DNA of 64,000 bases from an uncultured Gemmatimonadaceae bacterium. Lineage in GTDB: Bacteria; Gemmatimonadota; Gemmatimonadetes; Gemmatimonadales; Gemmatimonadaceae. Position numbers and translations under genes: made by a program. Of the stretch, positions 58,315 to 64,000 are shown piece by piece. The stretch lies in contig CAVUDW010000002.1 in assembly GCA_963740355.1 (NCBI GenBank), positions 1,056,001 to 1,120,000 on the forward strand, in the 5' to 3' direction. The notes beneath the pieces were generated by a model, which saw nothing but the letters and a program-made list of their open reading frames with translations, made no database searches and was not told the origin of the DNA. The stretch's first letter is position 1, and every line of letters begins with the position of its first letter.

Positions 58315-59283
58315 ATGACTGCTCCAACGAACGAACTCCTCGCCAAGGTCGAGGTGCTGGCGGACCTCGAGCCGCTGGTGAACGACCTGATGGCGGCGCA
58401 CGAATCGAAGCGTGTCCTCTGGTATCCGAGCGAGTTGTTGGCGCCGGCGCCGGATACGGACCCCGATGTCTACATCAAGGAACTGCGTGAGCGGAGCAAG
58501 GGCATCTCGACGCCGGCGCGTGTCGCACTGGCGCTGAACCTGCTCACCGAAGAGGGGTTGCCGCACTTCCACCGCCTGCTGGCGGTGTACCTCGGCAACG
58601 AATCGTTCTGGCACAAGTGGACGAACCTCTGGACGGCAGAGGAGGATCGACACGGGGCCGTGCTGCACGACTACATGCACGACAGCCGGATCCTCGACAA
58701 TCCGGTGCTCGAGAAGATGCAGTTCGAGTATCTCAAGGCTGGCTTCGCGCCGGCATGGGATCGCGATCCGTATCGCGTGTTCGTCTACACCTCGCTGCAG
58801 GAACGCGCGACGCAGGTGAGTCACGCGAACACCGGCAAGCTGGCGAGCATCACGGAGCCATTGATCGGCGAAGTGCTGTCGAATGTCGCGAAGGAAGAGG
58901 CGCGCCACTACACGTTCTATCGCGCGATCTTCAAGGCGGTGCTGGAGCGCGACCCGACGCGCGCGATGTTGTCGGCGGCGGAAATCATGCCGTCGATCGA
59001 GATGCCGGGCGTGGCGATGCCGCATTTCCGCGACATGGCGGACGTGGTGCGTCGTGCGGGCATCTATGGCCCACGCGACTACCTGAAGATCGTCGAGGAG
59101 CTGATCAAGTTCTGGGCGATCGAGGCGGTCACGGGGCTGGACGAGATGGGCCGAAAGGCGCAGGAAAAGATCATGGCCGTGCCGGCACGTCTCCTGCGAG
59201 TGGCGGACATGATGGAGACGCGCAGCCGCGCGAAGACGTTCTCGTTCGACGTCGCCTTCGCCCGCGAATTTGCAATGGATTGA
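58315..59283 (+). CDS. Soluble acyl-ACP desaturase family (ferritin-like di-iron)
   Basis: NLLTEEGLP, WTAEEDRHG, YTSLQERAT..SH.NTG, EEARH, MPG, AGIY. Confidence 0.9.
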   Translation: MTAPTNELLAKVEVLADLEPLVNDLMAAHESKRVLWYPSELLAPAPDTDPDVYIKELRERSKGISTPARVALALNLLTEEGLPHFHRLLAVYLGNESFWHKWTNLWTAEEDRHGAVLHDYMHDSRILDNPVLEKMQFEYLKAGFAPAWDRDPYRVFVYTSLQERATQVSHANTGKLASITEPLIGEVLSNVAKEEARHYTFYRAIFKAVLERDPTRAMLSAAEIMPSIEMPGVAMPHFRDMADVVRRAGIYGPRDYLKIVEELIKFWAIEAVTGLDEMGRKAQEKIMAVPARLLRVADMMETRSRAKTFSFDVAFAREFAMD

Positions 59284-59321
59284 GGGGCCACGGAGCCCCT
59301 CGGGTGCCCTCCGGGGCACCC
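59282..59321 (+). terminator. Tandem hairpins after the desaturase
   Basis: gaggggc-N6-gcccctc followed by gggtgccc-N4-gggcaccc; no U-tract. Confidence 0.45.
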
Positions 59322-59391
59322 CGCGCGTCCTTCATCGGCTGTCGTGACGTGACCGTTGCGGCGCGCATTCACTGCGAAGGAGCGAATTGTG

Positions 59392-59862
59392 ATGATGTCG
59401 ACCTGGCGTAAATGGGTGGCGCTGAGCGCCGTGGTGGTCTCGGGTGCGACGGCGTGTGGCACTGCCACAACCGACCCCGTGGTGGTCGATGCTGGCGTGA
59501 CGCTGGCTGGCCTGAACTTCAAGTTCGCCGGTGCTACGCTGACCACCGCTGCGGGATCGTTGCCGGCACCGGATGCATCATTTGCCGCGCCGGTCGTCAA
59601 CATCAGTCAGCCACCCACGATTTCCACGCCCGTGACCCTCTCAGTCGGCGCGGCTGAGCCATTCCAGACTGTGCTGATTCAGCCCGTGGGGAGTGCATCG
59701 TACGTTCGCATCTTCCTGCCCGCACAAACCACTCTGATTTCCATCAGCGTGCTCAGCGACGCGACCAGTTCCTTCCTCGCAACCTCCGCAATCATCTCCG
59801 TCGGCAACGGTGTTCGCGTGTCGAAACCCTCGACGCTGTCCTTGCAGCCGATCAGCAACTGA
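59392..59862 (+). CDS. Hypothetical lipoprotein (beta-rich)
   Basis: AAGGAG RBS, lipobox GATAC, Ser/Thr/Val-rich beta-type composition. Confidence 0.65.
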   Translation: MMSTWRKWVALSAVVVSGATACGTATTDPVVVDAGVTLAGLNFKFAGATLTTAAGSLPAPDASFAAPVVNISQPPTISTPVTLSVGAAEPFQTVLIQPVGSASYVRIFLPAQTTLISISVLSDATSSFLATSAIISVGNGVRVSKPSTLSLQPISN

Positions 59863-59890
59863 CGTTACGCATCTCGCGCTGGGAGCCTGA

Positions 59891-61450
59891 CTACGGCAGC
59901 GCGCGGATGGCCTGTGAGATGAAGAACGTCCCGACACCGATGAAGGCACCGAGCACGAAGCCGAACTTGATGATCAGGTTCAGTTCGCGCTGTGTGACGC
60001 CACGCACGATCTCTTCCACACGCTCGGTGCTGAACTCATTCACCTTGCGTTCGATCAGTGCTGGCACATCGAACTTCTGTACCAGCGCCGGCAGCGACGT
60101 GACGATCCATTCCCACATCGCCGGCGCCAGGACGGCGGCCAGTCGTTCATTGGCATGGGCGGGCAACCAGCGCGCGGGCCGACCGATGGGTGCGTCGAGC
60201 GCCTTCTGCACCACGCGTGCAGCGGTGTCGCGGACGAACTGCTGCGTCGCATCACCGCGCATCGCTTCCAGCACCCAGTTGGCGATCGTTTCGTCGGTGA
60301 CGCCACTGAGCAGGTCGTCGATGCGACGATGCGCCACCCCTTCCAGCGCCGACTCGATGCGGCCGGCGACGAACTTCTGCGTCGAGTCGGAGCGAAGCAG
60401 CGTCAGCGCCCCCTTCGACAGTCCCTCCGACAAGGCCTGAACGCGCGCCGCATCCGGCGCGCCGACGATGTCCTTGAGCGGCTTCCGCAGCAGCGACTCG
60501 ACGCCATCGCGCACGGCCTTCGTGACCTGATCGCGGATCGCCGGCTCGCGCAACAGCGCCGAGAGTTCATCGACCCCCTCGCCGCCGAGCGCGTCGAGCG
60601 CCTTTTCCAGCGCGCGCTCCGTCACCAGGAACCGCGCCAGCACCCGTTCGTGGAAGCGAAGATCGGTGACGAACTTCGCCACCACGCCCTGCAGCGTGCG
60701 CTTGACGGTCTCGCGGCTTTCCGTCTGCGCCAGCCACGCGCCAAGCTTGTCCACCGCCACCGGGATGTAGGCGTCGACGGCCTTGTCCAGCATCGCACTC
60801 AATTCGGCGGGCAGCGTCTGCAGCAACGGCGCATCGCGCGTCAGCAACGATTCGGCCTGCGTGCGTACGCTGGTCGCGACGGCATCGGCCACGGTGTCGC
60901 TATGGGCGAGCGTGAGCGCCAGTGCACGCCCCTGCTCCACGATGGCCGCGCGACGCGCCGCCGGCAGTACATCGGAGAGTGTCTGGTCGCCGATGGCACC
61001 GCGCAAGCGTGCCACGAACGCGATCACCGCCGGCCGCGCTTCCTCACTCTCGGCCCACACTTCCACGCGCTCTGCGACCGTGGACGCCACGCCCTGCAGC
61101 GCCGTCTCCAGCTCACCACTCATCGACTCCGGCACGAGACTGCGCAGCGAACCGCGCTCCGTCTCGAGGAGCGACTGCACCACACTCGCGACACGCTCAT
61201 TGAACGCGTCGCGGATGCCGCCATGCGTCAGTTCCTGCAGCATGTCCTGCGGGGTCAGCAACTTTTCGCCGACGACCTTGCCGATGCTGGCGGCGAGCCG
61301 CGCCTTGTTCTTGGGGATCGCGCCCTGCACGCCGAGAAACGGCTTGTGCGGATTGAAGAGCATCCACACGGCGACGGTGTCCGTCAGGCCACCGGCGAGG
61401 CTGTGCAGGACGACGTTGAGCGCGAACTCGCGATAGAGGTGTGAAGCCAT
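59891..61450 (-). CDS. DUF445 family membrane-anchored helical protein
   Basis: N-terminal AGGLTDTVAVWMLFNP...QGAIPKNK and C-terminal ELNLIIKFGFVLGAFIG typical of DUF445/YheB. Confidence 0.85.
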   Translation of the reverse strand: MASHLYREFALNVVLHSLAGGLTDTVAVWMLFNPHKPFLGVQGAIPKNKARLAASIGKVVGEKLLTPQDMLQELTHGGIRDAFNERVASVVQSLLETERGSLRSLVPESMSGELETALQGVASTVAERVEVWAESEEARPAVIAFVARLRGAIGDQTLSDVLPAARRAAIVEQGRALALTLAHSDTVADAVATSVRTQAESLLTRDAPLLQTLPAELSAMLDKAVDAYIPVAVDKLGAWLAQTESRETVKRTLQGVVAKFVTDLRFHERVLARFLVTERALEKALDALGGEGVDELSALLREPAIRDQVTKAVRDGVESLLRKPLKDIVGAPDAARVQALSEGLSKGALTLLRSDSTQKFVAGRIESALEGVAHRRIDDLLSGVTDETIANWVLEAMRGDATQQFVRDTAARVVQKALDAPIGRPARWLPAHANERLAAVLAPAMWEWIVTSLPALVQKFDVPALIERKVNEFSTERVEEIVRGVTQRELNLIIKFGFVLGAFIGVGTFFISQAIRALP

Positions 61451-61466
61451 TGTGCTGGATTCTACG

Positions 61467-61503
61467 CGAAACGCGCCGCGTGTGTGTCACGCGGCGCGTT
61501 TCG
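61467..61503. terminator. Hairpin between lon copy 2 and DUF445
   Basis: Perfect 16-bp stem cgaaacgcgccgcgtg / cacgcggcgcgtttcg with a 5-nt loop. Confidence 0.7.
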
Positions 61504-61534
61504 GGGTGTCGTCAGGGACAGGGCGAACCGGGCA

Positions 61535-64000
61535 TCACTGAACGCGCGCAGCGGCCGCCGTCCGATCGGGGAAGGGCAGGACGACCTGCGCACCATCGCC
61601 ATCGTCCTCGTCTTCCGCCTCGACCGGCGCGACCTCCGGAATGACTTCGCGCGGTAACATCGCCCGATCGAGCACCTCGTCCATCGTCTGCACGAACGTG
61701 AAGGTCATGCGCTCGCGCACTTCGAGTGGAATATCGCGAATGTCCTTCGCGTTTCCCTGCGGCACGATGACTTCGCGCAGCCCGGCCCGATACGCGGCCA
61801 GCACCTTCTCCTTCAGGCCACCGATCTCGAGCGCCTTGCCGCGCAGCGTCACCTCGCCGGTCATGGCCATATCGCGGCGCACGCGACGACCGCTGAGCAC
61901 ACTGGCGATGGCCAGGGTCACGGCGAGGCCGGCACTCGGACCATCTTTCGGGATCGCACCCGCAGGGAAGTGAATGTGCAGGTCCGTGTCGCGGAACTCG
62001 TCGTCGGCGATGTTGAGCAGGTTGCTGCGCGAACGCACGTATGAATACGCGGCATCGACCGACTCGCGCATCACTTCGCCCAGCTGCCCCGTCACCGTGA
62101 GGCGACCGGTGCCGGGCATCTTGAGTGCCTCGATCAGCATCAACTCGCCGCCATTCGGTGTCCAGGCGAGGCCCGTCACGACGCCGACTTCTGGCTCCTG
62201 CTCGGTTTCCTCGGCCGCAAACTGCGGAACGCCCAGCAGTTCTTCCGCCTTCTGCGGCGTGATGGTCCATGGCTCCATCTCGCCTTCGGCCTTGCGGCGT
62301 GCGCGCTTGCGCAGCACGGCAGCCACCTGCCGCTCAAAGTTGCGGAGCCCCGCTTCGCGACTGTAGCGCGCCGCGATGAACTGCAGCGCTTCATCGGTGA
62401 ACACGGCGTCTTCCTCGGTCAAGCCATGCTCGGTGCAGAGCTTGGGAATGAGGTAGCGCCACGCGATCTGCACCTTCTCTTCCGAGGTGTAGCCCGCGAT
62501 GCGGATCACTTCCAGTCGGTCGCGCAGCGCCGCTGGAATGTCGTAAAGATTGTTGGCGGTGCAGATGAAGAGCACCGAACTGAGGTCGAACGGTTGATTG
62601 AGGTAGTGGTCGACGAATGACTTGTTCTGCGACGGGTCGAGCACCTCGAGCATCGCGGCGGTCGGATCTCCGGTCGCACCGCCGGTGCCCATCTTGTCGA
62701 TCTCGTCGATCATCACCACCGGATCGCGCACACCAGTGCGGCGCAACGCCTGAATCAGCAGGCCGGGCATGGCGGCAACGTACGTGCGACGATGTCCACG
62801 CACTTCGGCCTCATCTCGCACGCCACCGACCGAAATACGGTGGAACTCACGTCCGATCGAGGTTGCGATGGCCTCGCCGAGCGAGGTCTTGCCGGTGCCT
62901 GGCGGACCAACGAAGCAGAGGATCGGGCCAGCCGGATCACCACCGCGCAGTTTGCGCACCGCGAGATACTCGATGATGCGTTCCTTCGCCTCACCAAGAC
63001 CGTAGTGTCGTGTGTCGAGCGCGGAACCGACTTTCTCGAGCGAGATATCGCGATCCCCCGACTTCTTCGACCAGGGCAATGACAGCACCCAGTCGAGATA
63101 GGTGCGAAGCACCTGATACTCGCTGCTGGCGGGCGACAACATGCGCAACCGTTCACACTCGCGACGAGCCTCGATCGAGACCTTCTCCGGCAGGTGCGCT
63201 TCATCGATGCGGCGCAGCAGCTCGGTGCTTTCGCGCTCGCCGGGATCGGTCTCGCCCAGCTCGGTCTGGATCGCGCGCAACTGCTGCTTGAGGAAGAACT
63301 CGCGCTGGTGCTGCTCGATCTTCACTTCGGTGGTCTTCTTCACGTCGTCCATGACGCGTGCGCGCGCCACTTCGCGTTCGAGGCGACCGAGAATGAAGCG
63401 CAGGCGGTCACCGACGTCGAGCTTCTGCAGCACGTCGTCCTTGTCGGCGATCTTGAAGTTCAGGTTCGTGGCGGCGAGATCGGCAAAACGCCCGGGGTCC
63501 GAGACGTTCATGCGGAGGATCGCCGGAATTTCGCCCGGGATGCGATCCACGAGGCTGGCGAGGGTTTCGGTCGCGCTGACGATGCGCGTGACCAGTTCCT
63601 CGACTTCGAACGCAGGCGGCAGTACATCCCACGCCGGCGACACGGCGGCCACCACGAACGGCGAGGCCTGGTCGATGCGCTGGATGGTGATGCGGCGAAG
63701 TCCCTGCAGCGTGATCTGCACGGTATCACCGGGCAGGTTGATTCGTTCGTGCACGCGGGCGGCGACGCCGATCTTGCCCACGAACTCCTGCGCATCCGGC
63801 GCGTCTTCGAGCTCGCCACCCGCAACCACCAGCGCCACTACCACGCCGGGTTCGTCGAACGCCCGCAGCAGCGCGAGGTTTTCCGGGCTGCCCATCTGGA
63901 CCGCGATTGTCCCGAGCGGATAGACCATCGTCGAGCGCAGCGCCATCAACGGCAGCGTTGGTGGCAATTCGGCGCGAAGGATCTCGTCCCGGCGTTGGGA
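61535..64000 (-). CDS. lon: ATP-dependent Lon protease (copy 2), 5' end beyond the window
   Basis: Frame is open to the window edge (SQRRDEILRAELPPTLPLMALR); [36 protein letters not shown]. Confidence 0.93.
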   Translation of the reverse strand, partial: SQRRDEILRAELPPTLPLMALRSTMVYPLGTIAVQMGSPENLALLRAFDEPGVVVALVVAGGELEDAPDAQEFVGKIGVAARVHERINLPGDTVQITLQGLRRITIQRIDQASPFVVAAVSPAWDVLPPAFEVEELVTRIVSATETLASLVDRIPGEIPAILRMNVSDPGRFADLAATNLNFKIADKDDVLQKLDVGDRLRFILGRLEREVARARVMDDVKKTTEVKIEQHQREFFLKQQLRAIQTELGETDPGERESTELLRRIDEAHLPEKVSIEARRECERLRMLSPASSEYQVLRTYLDWVLSLPWSKKSGDRDISLEKVGSALDTRHYGLGEAKERIIEYLAVRKLRGGDPAGPILCFVGPPGTGKTSLGEAIATSIGREFHRISVGGVRDEAEVRGHRRTYVAAMPGLLIQALRRTGVRDPVVMIDEIDKMGTGGATGDPTAAMLEVLDPSQNKSFVDHYLNQPFDLSSVLFICTANNLYDIPAALRDRLEVIRIAGYTSEEKVQIAWRYLIPKLCTEHGLTEEDAVFTDEALQFIAARYSREAGLRNFERQVAAVLRKRARRKAEGEMEPWTITPQKAEELLGVPQFAAEETEQEPEVGVVTGLAWTPNGGELMLIEALKMPGTGRLTVTGQLGEVMRESVDAAYSYVRSRSNLLNIADDEFRDTDLHIHFPAGAIPKDGPSAGLAVTLAIASVLSGRRVRRDMAMTGEVTLRGKALEIGGLKEKVLAAYRAGLREVIVPQGNAKDIRDIPLEVRERMTFTFVQTMDEVLDRAMLPREVIPEVAPVEAEDEDDGDGAQVVLPFPDRTAAAARVQ

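Overview
High-GC bacterial chromosomal window. Gene content and order suggest Gemmatimonadota; this is inferred, not tested. It holds about 50 genes and one tRNA-Leu(TAG); no transposase, integrase, prophage or CRISPR array is visible. Blocks: (1) Kdo-kinase-like gene and trpE, divergent from an outer-membrane protein and a NUDIX hydrolase; (2) tig-clpP-clpX-lon-engB; (3) nutrient uptake and catabolism (CitMHS transporter, CocE/NonD hydrolase, DDAH, APC permease, gntK-gntP, exported cyclase); (4) carotenoid operon crtB-cruF-orf-crtI; (5) tRNA-Leu, degP, dnaK, rhomboid; (6) a ~24 kb phosphate and nucleotide cluster (30.1-54.3 kb) with DUF47-Pit-ppk1, an M16 peptidase pair, ppx, an orphan pstS, an unknown lipoprotein, an FN3/beta-helix lipoprotein, a TonB-dependent receptor and udk-phoB-phoR, divergent from a tandem nucleotidase, small beta-grasp ORF, add and punA; (7) M48, TrmH, pilD, an HExxH lipoprotein, an acyl-ACP desaturase, DUF445 and a second lon. 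The best candidate for an undescribed system is block 6: four promoter regions carry GTNAC motifs largely in 11-bp register (PHO-box-like), pointing to a PhoB-controlled module for nucleotide import, dephosphorylation, nucleoside salvage and polyphosphate storage. Other signals are three single-base frameshifts within about 2.5 kb, a probable CTG start for lon, recurrent leaderless-type promoters and a MITE/REP-like inverted repeat. All product calls come from motif recognition by eye; no database searches were run.
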